A stretch of DNA of 64,000 bases from Elsinoe ampelina (lineage: Eukaryota). The notes under the pieces were generated by a model. It ran no database searches and had not been told where the DNA came from. It saw only the letters and a program-made list of their open reading frames with translations. The stretch is taken from NCBI GenBank assembly GCA_010093995.1, contig ML992503.1:1045234-1109233 (forward strand), given 5' to 3'. This document shows positions 1 through 13,313 of the stretch, one piece after another; positions within the stretch are counted from its first letter, which is position 1, and each line of letters opens with the position of its first letter. A program made the position numbers and the translations under genes.

Positions 1-945
1 CTTGTCGCGGGCCCAAAGCTGAAGCCCAGGATCTCCCCCATTGACGCCGTCGCCGCCCCAGTCGTACTCGTTGCGAATAGGGTTGACGATCACATTCTCT
101 ACCTGCGCTGCTTTGCCGTATGGTCCTCGAGCGTCGGCAGCAGAGACATTGAATGCTTGAGCTTGCCAGCCGAAAGTTTCGATGCGCTCAGTATTGGAAG
201 TGGTGTAGTTGGGTAGGGCGTAAACATGTAGAAAGTCTGTCTCGATAGCTTCGGTAAAGATCTGTTGCGAGGACTGTGACGTGCCGATGCCAGGTGATGT
301 GGACATTGGAACGGAGTAGCCACAATCGCATGCAGAGTATGCTATATACTGTCAGAGCATGTGATACTCACGTGCCAGGAGCCGATGATACCTTTGGCGG
401 CGAGACTGATTAGCAGTGAGCACTGCCACGCCAGCGAGGTAATGACCCGCATAGTGGGTGTCAAGTAGTACCCGGAGGTAGTCGAAGCGAAGTCGTCAAG
501 AGGTATTACGGGAGGTGTGGGTTCTGAGTACAAGGATGTCGGTTTCTGCCCCTCTCATGCAACCTGGCACCTCCCACGTTTGTTCGGCTTCCCGACGACC
601 TCAAATCTCTTATCTTTGCAACCTGGACAGACGGGACAAGGGTTCACACGTCAAATTGAGCTTTCACCTACAAAAATCTGTGTGGGTTACACGGCATATG
701 CGCCCATCCCTGCGTCCAAGCGCCCGACCCCTTGCATCTCGTCAAACAATTGATCCAAGATCCCTGTCAGTTCTTTTCCATGGCGCCTCGATAGCTCCGT
801 TCCTCCTTGGCTCCGAATGCAAAATGACCCTCCTCTGATTCCTTGATAGTGTCGTCTCTCATAAGTCGAACATGAATGGCTGTGTGGTATGGTCGTAAAA
901 AGGTTGTGAGGGCAATGAGGTTGATGTTGAGCGTATGTGCAAAGC

Positions 946-3900
946 TCACAGGAAGCCAGATTCGGACAGTAGTCTGGAATCATCAGCCTATGGCATGCAT
1001 GATCTACTCGCAATATTACTTACCGTGCAATCTTTTCGTCTTCTCGCTCTCTAGGCTCGACCTGCAGACTCCGCTCGTACATCTCGTGAACGTCTCCGGC
1101 GCTCTGCATGTTACGTAGAATGTAGTCTTGGAGCTCCTGTACGGGTTGAAGCGCATAGGGTACGTTTTGATATTGTTGAATGTCCCGAATGACCTCTGCT
1201 GTCTTCGCCCGCTTTGCAAAGTTGATGAGGTTGGTCTTCTTGATGATGGAAGGGATGCCGTCCTCGATGAAGGTGAGATCGGTCAAATAGACACCTGGTA
1301 TTGTCAGTCATTATCTTGTGGTCTACAGCCGATCAATCTTACCAAAGAAAGGAATGCAGGGAGGGTTGGCTTTGTGTAGTGTCTCGCGGTATTCCAAAAA
1401 GTTCTTGGTGCTACCCATAAGCTTTCGCATTCCCTCCAGTGTAGCCATTGTCTTCTGATTGACCTGTGCCCATGTCCGGGCAAGACGATGGATTGGTGCT
1501 GTCCCAAGAGCAGAGATGATGGAAGTGAGGGTGGAGAAATTGTTGAGTTGTCGGCACTTGTCGGCAATGGAGACAAAGTGCTTGATCACAATCTGCCTTC
1601 GTTTTACGTCCGCCTGTGTCAAAATCATTTGTGCGACCCAGTTTGTGAGTTGATTGCTATGCAAGATGAGTGACTTGACGTTTGGTGCCGGATCAGCTTC
1701 GTTTTCGTTCAGCTTCTTTTGCCATGTCTTGCTAAGACACTCTGTCGGTTTAATCTTGCAATACAATCTCGATTCGATGATGGTCAACTGTCTTGCAAAC
1801 TCCAAAGTATCAATGTCCAAGAATTTTAGCTTCTTGACATTTCGGGGAATGATGGGAGAAGGTGTAGACCCTGGATTGAGTGAGAGGACGAGACGCTTGC
1901 TTGCGGCATCTTGACCACGCATTCGCTGCTCGATTGCTGTCATGAGCGGGCCTGCGCCAGGTGTACTTGTTGATGCCACTGTTTCCTTGGCGAATGTGTA
2001 GACTCGCTGCATCAGCTTCAGGGCAGTCTCGTCATTGCCCTCCATCCAGTAATTGTCGAACCAACTCTTAAGGATGTTGACCACACGGAACCTGATGGGC
2101 TTCTGCTTCTTGTCAATCCATCGTTGAGTATCCTGTTGCGAAAGTCCTGGCGGAGGTTGAATGCACCATCGCTTTACCAGCATTTCAAAGAGCTCCGTCG
2201 CGGTCGTGAAGGACCGGTATGTGAGGAGGAAAGTATTGTTGAAAGGCGAATCGAGTCTATCGTGTCTCGTGAGCTGCTCGACCAGGCCGATCAGTGTACC
2301 ACCACGGAGTTGTGGCGGCGTAGTCTTTCCGTCATAGGCGAGTTCACCTTCATGGTCCAGACCCAAGAAGCCTGGTTCCTCTTCTATGGGCTCTCTCGGT
2401 GTCATTACAGGTGCAGGAACCTCTCCGAAGAAGCGTTGTACTTTCGAGTTTGGTCCACCAGCTGACTGGATGCCAACTTCGGAGAAAGACCGTGAAGGCC
2501 CAAGATCTGTCAGCAACTTCGGTCTTTGCACAGTCGACATGGCCCGTGATGCATAATCCGAGCCATTGGTCGGCTCTGATTGTCGCTGTGCACCATCGTC
2601 CACGGGCATGATTTCTGCCAGAAGCTGTACCGAGAATTGCATCTGTGTTGCAGATCTTTCGAGTTCTTTTGCAGATGATCTGACCAGACCCAGTCGCTCT
2701 TCTAACGACGGACCTCGAATTTCTGACCACTCGTCACCTAGCGGGCTTGAGACTGTTTGTGCAGCAAGGATCAGATCGGCAGATGAGTCGTAGAAGCGCT
2801 GCTTTTGCAGACTGAACTCTTCGATCTGAGGGTTTTGTGCATCTCGTCGGAATGAAGATAAATTGATGCCCTCTGATGTCGAGATGTACGGCCGGCATGA
2901 CTCCATGACCCGACTGACCTCCTTGCAAATGTCTTCACTAAGGATCTTGTGCTTCTTTGGCGTAATGAGCTTCTCCCGCAGTGTCAAGTGCTCGTCGAGT
3001 TGTCGGATGTTTGCCGAAATCATCTTCTTGAGGTCATCCATACGTTCGAGTAGAGTCGCATCGAGAGTCATGTGAGGTTCGAGGGATTGTTGAGCTTCCG
3101 ACTGGGCTGAGATAGGGAGTGATTGTGAGATATCATTCATGTTGAGGCCATTGTTTCGCCATGACCCGCCGGATCTGCTTGCCAGGACGAATCCAGGCGT
3201 GAGACGAGGGATCTCCTCACCTCTCTGTTGTCGTGCAACTTCTACATATCCGTACACACCGTGCAGGAGTCCATCGGCTTCTTGTAAGCATTTGGTATAT
3301 GACTCTGGCGTTGTGAAGTCGGTAGCAGCAAAATGTGAAGATAGCACAAGCTTGGAGAAGCTTGACATCATTTCCCGGAAGTGAGGATATAACGCCTTGT
3401 TCGTTGAGATGATTGAGGGGTTGCCGGAGTGGTTGTCTGTCGTGCCAGAACCGGCGGCGAGGAGTAGTCGCAAGTGATCTGAAATGTTCTCGGCTCTCTT
3501 GACGAATTCGGCCCGCTCATCGTTGTTGATCGCTTCGCGGTATCTTTGCACGGATCGGCGCATATCCTCGACAAGTGTATTCCATGTGAGCTGGACATTT
3601 GCGCCATCCTCGAACAAAGCTTGCGACAATGAACCATTCGGGGCAGAAGTCGGCATGCCTGCAAATGAGGTGTTGGCAACGCCATTGGGTGGATTGACAT
3701 TGTTGACAGCAGAAAAGCTCATGTTGGTCATGTTCGTAGCATCCGTTGCGGTTCTTGATCGATTCAGAGGTGACTGCTTCAGAGAATCCATGGAGGTTGC
3801 ACTCGAGATGCCTTCTGACACGTGGGAGCGACGTCGACGGTGCTGCTCAGACGTTAGCGTGATCACAGTCGCGGTGAGCTTTTGTCCGACCGAAGAGTCT

Positions 3901-4529
3901 TTTGATCCGACTGTCATGAAGTTGCCCTCTGCGTCCGAGGCCGATTCGTATTCCGCGTCTTCACTTCTCTCATACCCCGCGGCCAGGAGTTCTGGAGGAG
4001 GTCGAGTGGAGTCTGGGATATACACATTCGTTCGGTCGCGAGGTCCAGTTTCGTTTGAGGAGGTCGGTGTCTCAAGAGGCAATTCCATGGTACTGACACC
4101 GGTCAGGGTATTGAAGTAAAATAATCGGCCATCTGGTGTAGCTTGTGGTATCCAAAAGGCCGCCTCTTCTTGCCCGTCAGAGCCATCACCTTGCGATCTC
4201 GCGCCGCTATTGTTTCTCTCGGTGGTCAATCCCAGACCGGTATCCGTAAATTCACCTTCCGACTCTTCTTCCGTGTCGACATCCTTGCCGATGCCGATTG
4301 GTCTTCCTTCTTCACCAGCGCCGTTGACAATGGCACAGTAATTACTCGGGAACCAACCCCTCACGCCATGTATGACTCCGTCCCACCATCCGCTCTCCAG
4401 CTGTGTGATGACCTGTATTATGTCTCCTTGGCGAAAGCTGAGACTGGTGCGGTCATCTGCGTCGTAGTCGTATAGAGCCTTGACGTACATTGCTCCGGTG
4501 GTAGTGGCATTTGTGGTGATTGTATTCAT
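946..4529 (-). CDS. CDC25: Ras guanine-nucleotide exchange factor (SH3 + WW-like + REM + CDC25 domains)
   Basis: N-terminal SH3 (YVKALYDY..ESGWWDG..GWFPSNY), WW-like WIPQATPDGRLFYFN, REM (FLLTYRSF), RasGEF (FARQLT, NNFSTL, PCIPFFG|VYLTDLTF). Introns read by eye: 1295-1342 and 974-1023, giving a final exon ..RLLSESGFL* with TGA at 946-948; probable in-frame intron 3843-3890. The true start could lie further upstream. Confidence 0.93.
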
Positions 4530-7500
4530 GGTGGCATCCAGAAATCAATCGACTTTGGCTCCCCACAGCGGTCTATGCCGCCGGCACAATGGATGATCAG
4601 CAGGTCCCTTTCCCAGTCCTGGTTGTTTCAGGTCAGAGCGGCGGTGACGCGACTGGATCGACCCACGGCGGAGCGAGCAGAAAGAGTCAGGGTCTCTTCT
4701 CGGAGGAGCGAATGTTGGTGTCGACGTCGAGGTTGCGGAAGGTCCCTGTTGGCAGCGGGAGTAGCGGTGCGCAAGGAGGCCCTGTGCTGTTCCCGCGGGT
4801 GGAGTGTGAGCGTGATCGTCGGTGGGCCAGAGCTGGTCCTTGTTCACTCCAGAGGCTGTAGGAATGCAACTTGGCGCAACTCCTTCTCGTGACACGTTTG
4901 TGTTGCTGCGACAGGCGTGTAGGAAGCGCCCGTATCGAATGGAGGACGAGAGGTGAGACGTCGAGTTCGAATGTCGTATCGGTGGTCCAGTCCAGTCCCC
5001 TCCCTTGTTCAGCCAGCGGGTAGTGTGCGGTACAGTAAGTGGGGAATTTCTGTTGTTCCTCTCGCGAAAGCGCTCGACCCTCTATCTCGAACGACAAGAC
5101 GAGACGACACACAATCAGTATCGGTCGGCTTGCTCACTACTGAGTACAGTACTGGCCGAGAAAGGCATGTTGTCGAGGCATCGCTTCCGTCGGATTCATC
5201 AAACGGTTTTGTCCCAGGTTTACGGGATTGGGCACGATATTTCAAACGGCCACGATTCTACGTTCTATTCTGTGCCCTAGATGGCTTGGGGGTTTTTTTT
5301 GGAGTACTGTGGAGGTGACAGGGTACGGCAAGTCATGTCGATAGGACGAGAACACGATCGTTGATGTGAGGGGACGATTGGATTTTTGTTCATGGCAATT
5401 CTCGACATATCCACTCTTTGAATCCCTCACATCCGGACGTTGACACTGTATGTCCATTTCAACGGCGCTCTGGCAATCAAGGCATGTGCAAAACGTGAAT
5501 CTTAGGACGAACAGCCATGGACTATTTGCTCTCAACCATGCAGGGTATTATCTTTGGTCCGACAATAGAGTAGTTCAACGCGGATACCGACAGCAGTGGC
5601 GCCAAATGATGAGAGGTGGTGGATGGAGCCGTTAATCGAGGTAACTCGACCTGGAAGGACAGCTCGATAATGGATTGATCGATCCGCCGTGGCTGCTTGG
5701 ACAGAGCCTATCAATGACTTTGTCAATCCGTAGTCCAGCGCTCTCTGTCAGTGACGGATTCTGTGATCGATAAAAGGACATTTGTGCAATTGTGAGAGGC
5801 GCCGCACATACGTGATCACCCCACCAATTGCAGGGAGTATTTTCAACCGTGATCTCTCAGTGGAGCAAAAACAGAGCACCAAAAAGAGGGGCGGACTTCG
5901 GGCCAAGTCGTCTCTTACAAGCAACCTGGAATTTGCCATGTGCTCCCTCGTCCTCTTGTGGAGTCGTGCGCGATTCATGGTCAAGCAAGTCCTCGGACTG
6001 GCAATTTCGCGGCACGTCCGGAGACCACGAGGCATGAACTTGACAAAGCATGGCGGCGTCTTCGAACCTTCTGAAACCCTTCGTTGGCTTCGCGAACCTT
6101 TGATCATGTCGATTGGATCATCATGACAGGATCGCGGTCGCTCGGTGAGATTCTTGGAGATTGCTGATTGCCCCACCTAGGTCTGTCTGTGCCTCATGTG
6201 CCACGAGGCTCCTGGTCTGCATTTTCGTAAATTGCCGGTCTCGTATGGCATCGGTCAATGTCAATCCTGCGGCACATTCCCTGTTGCTGTCAAATAGCGC
6301 GTGTGGTACAAGTTGCTAGACTCGGGAATGCCCTAAGGGAAGTTATCAGGTCCAGCCGTGTTGCGCTAACATGTGCGAAAATAATTCTTCTCCGCAAATC
6401 GAGGTCATGTCTCCGTGGTAGACTTACGGCGAGTTCTTCCCGAGGCTCGGTCCGGTACCATTGTTCGTATCAATGACAGAACAAAAGCAGAAGCCAGGGA
6501 TAGCACAAGATGCACGAAAAAGGATGATCCATCAAAAACGGGAATGAGAGCATGCAGGTTGCAGGACCACACGCGTCGCGACCGAGACGAGCAAAAGCAA
6601 TCTCATCAAAGCGTGAAGCAGCAGAAACCCGCAGGGCATAAACCCGCAGGCTTGGTTCTTCAAACGCGTTGCTCCACCGAGCATCGGGGAAGAGACCCGA
6701 GGGAGGCGTTAGTTGAAGTTTGGCCAACTATCGAGTCAGGAACTGGTTATGATCTGTCTGCCAACGAGATGAAATCTCGCCGATCAGGAGCCGACAAGCA
6801 TCGACTGCAGCACGCCAGCTATGCATCACCTCTGCACAAACATCCGTCGATACGGGTCTTGTTAGCCACAGGCGTAATCCTGTCATGCAAGATCCCGGGA
6901 GTTGATGGTCTCGTCGACAGCGAGTGGCTGGGAAGGGGGCACGGAAGAGGATCTAGACGTCACCATGAATGTCGCGTATTCAGGGGCTCAAGTCTTGGAG
7001 GATCATCCCGGGAACATGTTGTATTATTGGCAAGTACTGGCAAAGGAGATGAAGCAAACAGGCGACTGTGTTTGGTTGAAATTGCATCCTGAACACCGTC
7101 GTCATCGACTGGTTGTGGAAGTCTGCGTGGTGTGAGACACACGAGCAACGACCCGTGCCGTAGCTGGATGTTTTGGATTACCAGACAGATGAGGAGGGGC
7201 TGTCTGGAGGGGTAGGTCAGGTAGCAAGCATAAATTTTCGATGAAAATGAGAGACAGACATAACGACGAGTTGCATGTGACGAGGGGCTGCGACTTGAAG
7301 AAAAGCCGGCCAGCTGGTGCTAAGGATAGAAACACACTACGGGGCAGAACAGGGTACTTCGCGATAGAGCGCAGTCACGGGGCAGTCTAGCGAGACTCCG
7401 GCCACAAGAGGGAGAACAGAACGATGAGGTGCGATGGGCCAAGAAGGTCGCGTCGTAGACAAAGAAACGTGTTGCCTGTCCCAGTTGTTGTACAGAGAGG

Positions 7501-8023
7501 GACGAGGTGTGTCCCCGCGCGCCCCCCCCTTTGGTTTCCCGCGTGCGTGCGCCTGTGCTGCCACTGCTAGACGAGCTGCCAGGCCTGCCCTGTCTTTTCC
7601 CACCTCTGCAGCTTGCCCAGTGTCAGCCATTCACAATTTCTATTCCGGAACCCCCTCCTTCCTCTACCAACTTTTTTCCAACCCATCACACACCCCTCAC
7701 CTCCCCATCCCGCCCAGTATCGCCTGCCAGCGCATCTCAGCGCCTATTCGCCTGCATACCTAGCACCTAGCAAGCATCCGTAATCGAGTCCGTCGCGCTG
7801 CACCTGGTCAGCTGGCGTCGCCCATCGCATCTCGCTCCAACTCTCCCGAAGCTCGTTCCCCGACGACGCCCCTCTCACACCACCATCAATGAGCACAAAT
7901 CTATCGCTGATGCAGCAAATATCATCGCATAATTCAACCACCGTCAAGCATTAACAACGTCCGCTGGTCGGTCATCGCAGCTATCCCGTAGACCTGTTCA
8001 ACCAGTCTCGCTTTCGCCCTGCG

Positions 8024-10560
8024 ATGCCCGCCGCGACACTGTCAGCCATGCCGTCAGACTCAAATTCGCCCGCTTCTGCGAAGAAGCCTACAAACGCTCC
8101 CGCGCCCGAGAAGAAATACAAATGCCAATTCTGCAATAGAGCTTTTAGCAGGAGCGAACACAGAAGTAGACACGAGCGTTCCCGTGAGTTTCCCTCGACA
8201 CGCGACACTGCTCCACCTGCAGACACTTCACCCCTCCACACAGTCTTGGTCAAAGCTGACTTTTATTCACCCAGATACCAAAGAACGTCCCTTCAAGTGT
8301 TTCAAATGTCGCAGCACCTTTGTCCGACGCGACCTTCTCCTCCGTCACGACCGTACTGTCCACGCTAAAGATGGAGGTGCTCCACTGCAAAGCGATTCAA
8401 AGAGAAGGTCATCTGCAAAAGCGGGCTCAACTACCTCGGAAACACCCAAACCGTCTTCGGGTCTTGAGCAGTCCTTTGATCAGATGGACAACGGCAATGA
8501 TGGCATGTTCGGTGTCGAAGAGGCTGCTATGCTCATGACAAACTTTCAACAAAAGGCTGCCATGTCAACTCAAGCCCAGTCCGAGTCCATCCTCGCTGAT
8601 GCCCCTCGCATGATGGAGAGCAACTCGGTCTACAGTCCTGCTGCCATGACATTGCCCAACATGCACTGGGATCCTATGCTGCCGCAGCCTCATCCCCAGC
8701 AGCACTCGAGTCCGTCTGGCCCAGTCGACATGTTTGCCAACCACGATGGTATGCATGGTCCGATGAATCACGACCTTTCGATGCCTGGCTTCCCGTCGTC
8801 TTCCTTCCTGGCTGGCATTACGACACCTGGTGCACTCTCGCCTTTCCCGTCCATGATGGGTCCAGTCTCCCCCGTCGACTATCGTCGCTCGCCCGGTCCA
8901 CCCCAAGCATGCAAAGAATCCAAGTCACCCCAAATCGAAAGCGAGGAGCAGATGTTCCGCATAATGGAGAATATCAAGAAGTGCGATAGTGAAGGCTCCC
9001 TGTTCGAGACATTCAGCCTACCCGATGTCAGCGTCTTGAACAGGTATCTACACTCCTACTTCAGCTTGTTTCACCATCATCTGCCATTCTTGCATCCGGC
9101 TTCATTCGACCCGTCCAAAGTGTCAGCGGCGCTGCTTCTCTCCGTGCTGTCCATTGGCGCTCTCTACACCTTTGAGCAGGATCACGCGTATATGCTTCAC
9201 ATTGGATCGAAGCTTCTCGTCAACCAGTTCCTGATGAACAAGGAGAACTTTAGCTCCCGCAAGTCACCTTTGTGGGCCATGCAATCGACTCTTCTCAACA
9301 TGATCTTCGCCAGCTGGAGTGGTGATCCAAAGGGTCTCGAGTGGGCTTGCTCAGTGAAGAGCTTGGTCGCGAACATGGTTGCTGGAAATGGTTATGAACT
9401 CAAGCTGCGATCCGAGGCTCGCAAGGGCGCACAGCCTAGTCATTCCGAGTGGATCGAAGATGAAGGGTGCAGGCGTACCTACTATGCTGTCTACATCTTT
9501 TTCGGTCTGCTTACTTTGACCTACAATCATACCCCGGCTATTAGCTTCAACGAGTTTGAACCTCTGGATTTGCCCTCCTCGGAATCGTTGTGGGGCATGG
9601 AAGATGGCGACGACGAAGCATGGCGCGAGATGCTCCAGTCTTCAAGCATCATTACCTTCAAGCAGGCGCATCATGCGCTCTTCGCTGGTGATGTCGCTCG
9701 CTACAGCGCGTTTGCAACTCGAGTCATGATCAATGCACTCTTCCTCGAGACTTGGTACCACAAGCGCAGTCCGGAAGCTCTCCAAGATGTCGTCACCGAG
9801 TACAAGCTCCGTCTCGCTCTTGAGACTTGGGAAAAGTCACTCGACCTCTGCGAGCCCGAGACCATTGTCGTGCAGCTCAGTGCACCGCTCAAGGGTCATC
9901 CACTCATCTTCAACGCCAAGGCCATGTATCACAACACTGTGGCACGTCTGCTCGTCGACCTCAAAGGTGTTCAAGAAGCTCTGCGATACCACGACTCGTA
10001 CGAGGTCGCTGGTGCCATGACGGTAGCCCGCGACAAGATCAAGCGCTCTGGCGAGATGCTCAAGGTCATCCAGGCCTGCTACGATTTCATCGAATTCGCT
10101 GCTAAGCAGGGTGTCCGTTGGGTCGCGAGGACTTCGGCTACGAACTGGAGCATCGAGCACCCCCTCTGCGGCATGGATCTTCTGATCATTCTTAGTCACT
10201 GGCTCTGGCGGCTCGAGCACGACGAGGAGCCAGCGACGCCTGAAGAATCTCAAATGTATGAGAAGCTCCGCGAGCTACTCAAGGATCAACTTGTCGGAGC
10301 TTTCGACACCAAATTGAGTTCGGCTGTCGCCAGGACTTGGGGTGCAATGATTGACGAGGTCGTCGTCTGGGGGTAAGTTGACTTTTCATCATAGCCATGT
10401 CCCTTACTGACTGTATCTCAGCATTACCAAGCTCATGGGCGAGTCGTTCAAGCTCCACGCTCAGGCTCTTTCCGGCTACGAAGACGCTATGCTTGCCGGC
10501 GCGCAAGAACAACAAGCCCCCATGGCAGCTCACCACAATCTCGCAGTCGCTGCTTACTAG
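8024..10560 (+). CDS. C2H2 zinc-finger transcription factor with fungal-specific TF (middle homology) domain
   Basis: Two C2H2 fingers (CQFCNRAFSRSEHRSRHERSH|TKERPFKCFKCRSTFVRRDLLLRHDRTVH) joined by intron 8184-8274; YFSLFHHHLPFLH motif of the fungal TF domain; second intron 10373-10421; stop TAG 10558-10560. Confidence 0.9.
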
Positions 10561-11502
10561 CAGTGCGACCCTGCATACCGATCGACGGATTCCACATCTC
10601 TTTTGTCTCTGCTTTCTTGATACCATGTATTCTTCCGCTCTGTCACCGGGTACGCACACGACTGGTCACATCGACCAATCTCATCTCAATCTCCTCTCCA
10701 TCAAAGCGGGCTGTATTCGTACATCAGGGCGTCGGGTTTTGAGGGATAGCGGCGTTTCGAAGAAGAGGGTGCACACATCTGCCGTGCATCGACTCTTTCG
10801 CGACGCCATCATCAGTCCTCAGACTATCCGATCTTGACGCTCGGCCGGCCCGTAGTTCGTCACCACTGAAAATACCACTCGGTTTTCTCTCAAGGGCAAC
10901 AGTCTCGGCTTTTCTTTCCTTGCTCACTCATCTCTGTATCGACTATCTTCTTTTCGCCACTTGTCTTTCTGGTCACAAATCAGTTGTTCCTCTTTTTGCT
11001 TCTGGACTGGGATACCTCCTGCTCGCGTAGCTGCTTGCTTGCGCGTGTCTTGATCTTTTTGCTTCCGACACATGAGAAGGAGGGATGGGAAGCAGAGAGG
11101 ACTGTCTTCCATTTTCGACGTGCTGGATACCTCTACTCTTGCGCTTGTTTTGTTCGTGGCGGTTAATGGGCATAGCGAGGGATGTGTTTAGCGGTCTGCC
11201 TGGCCTCGTCTCTCCGTCTGTCTTGGGCGGAGAGGGGAGAGGGATGCAATAAAAGCTGTAATTGATATTGGAGATTTTGCTCTGCTTCATATGACTTTAT
11301 TCGTGTCGTGATGGTGTCTCGGTCCATTCATCTTTGTCTGCCTCCGCCCCCAACATAGCCTGTCAATTCTCATCCTCTCCCCCATGGCTGCAGACCCCAC
11401 ACCTTCGTCATACCTCCCTCCGCTTGCCCTTGTCCCCATGTCCTCCTTCGCCATTTCCTCCTCAAACCACGCCTACCCAGCCCTCAAGTTTTCAAGAACC
11501 CC

Positions 11503-13068
11503 CTACGTCTTCACCCCATAAGTCGCCCCCAGCCTCGCATTCAAATGATCCTTGGCCGTCAACACCTCCGCCTCCCCCTTCCCCTTCCCCTCTTGCCCCT
11601 CCTCCGATCTGTCATGCCAGCCAGCCAACCCCCTCACCTTCCTCACCTCCCCCCTCGCCTCCTCGGAGCCGGACATTTCCTCGACCATTTTGCTGGGCAC
11701 AGGGAGGAGAGGGCACGCGTCGAGGGGGTGGCAGAAGTAGGCTAGGCTGTAGCGGTCTTGTCCTGCTGGGGCCGAGGCCGGCGAGGGAGAGGGGGCGGTA
11801 GAGGACGGGGAGGGGAAGATGACGCGGTGGACGGTGGATTTTAGGAGGCCGTTGGTCCAGTAGGAGAGGAGGTCGCCTATGTTGAGGAGGATGGGGAGGG
11901 GGCCGGGGTTGTCCTGGTTGGGATTAGGGGGGTGGGTCGAGGGGGAGGGGCATGGGAGGGGCATGGGAAGGGGGTAAGATGGGGAGGAAGCGAGGGGACA
12001 AGGGAGACGGGGGTGGAGGAGAAGGAGGGGGTGGGGAGAGGATGGAAGGAGGGGGCCGGTCGGGATGGACTTACGTTCGGGTTGACGGGCACGGAAGCCC
12101 ACTTCCCCTCTTTGGTCAGGATCTCCAATCCTGGCTGACCCAGTTGCTGGAACAGCAGCGTCACGGAGCCGTAGTCGCTGTGGGCGCCGGCGCGGACGTC
12201 TTCGCCTTCTTCGAACTCCTGCCATTGCTTCTCCTGGTCGGTTCCATTGACCTCGCTGCCTTCGTTATGCTGGGTGCGGCTGGCTCTGGCTTTTAGTGTC
12301 TGTAAGGAGGGGTAGTATAGCAGGCGAAGGATGGAGCCGGTCTCCCCTTGGGAGAAGTCGTGGCGTTCTTCGAACCAGGTTCGAGGGATGGAGAGAGCGG
12401 TCGCGAAGAGGCGGAGGATGTGTAGGCAGAGGGAGTGGCATTTGGTTTGGAATGTGAGGAGGGTGTCTCTTTGGGTCGATAGGGGACCGGAGAGGGGTTG
12501 TGGTGGGTTGTGAGGGGAGAAATTGAATGCTCTGCTTGGGTCTGAGCGATGTGTATACGAGGATAGATGTTGAAAGGAGGTAAACTTACTCTTTGAAGTC
12601 GCCCTTCTGTAGCGTGGTTAGTATGGGCACCTTGTAGAACGTCAGGGTAGGCTGCGTACTTTTTGCTTGCTCGGATCCAATGTCTCAGCATGCATCCCAA
12701 GCCATCCTCTATTCTTGCCGGACTTGTTGCTGTTGATAGAGCATTCTTCCTTGACATTCGTGGGTGCTGCGAAGAACGACGCGCTCTGCAGAGTGCTTAT
12801 CAGTCACCTTCCCCTTAGGTAGCATGGAACGAGTATCAGAGATCGTTTCGTAATATCGAAACAACACATTTGATGAAGCAGTCGTGCTGATGCTGGTAGT
12901 TTTTAACACACTTACCAGATCAAACATGCCCTGGATATCGCTTGGGCTCAATCCGGTGGCGTCGTTGTTCTTTATAAAGGCGAAACCATTATCGGTGGCG
13001 GCAGCCAGCAGCTGCCTCGCCGCATCTTCGTTCTCACTCGAGATGTCAATCACCGGTATGTCAGCCAT
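11503..13068 (-). CDS. 2-oxoglutarate/Fe(II)-dependent dioxygenase (isopenicillin N synthase-like fold)
   Basis: Exons 12916-13068 (MADIPVIDIS..GFAFI), 12660-12785 (NRGW..ETLDP), 12590-12606 (17-nt microexon KGDFKE), 12075-12531 (LRLLYYP, AGAHSDYGSVTLLFQ = HxD), 11503-11913 (NIGDLL..KSTVHRV..RYSLAYF = distal His and RxS). Confidence 0.9.
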
Positions 13069-13313
13069 GACGACAAGTCCTCGCGGCGCACACTCTTGAC
13101 TGGGAAGTATGCATGAGGCAGAGGTCGAGTAGTCAGATGTTTGATTAGTCAATGCCGATCGTGGTGGGGAACAAGTGATGAGATTCTACAGTAATCACCA
13201 TCTCCGCTGGCGCCACTCACGGAATACGTCACTACGCGGTGCACAAATGAAGACTGCCGGCTAAGATCATACTACCAGACTAAGTCTGTATAGTCTAGGA
13301 GCTGAATCAAGGT

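Noticed and set aside
1..340. Short minus-strand ORF at the window edge
   Set aside because: May belong to a gene outside the window; too little sequence and no motif to call.
6415..7135. 225-aa ORF and overlapping small ORFs between CDC25 and the zinc-finger gene
   Set aside because: Non-ATG starts, no recognisable motif or splice structure; a decayed gene cannot be excluded but is not supportable.
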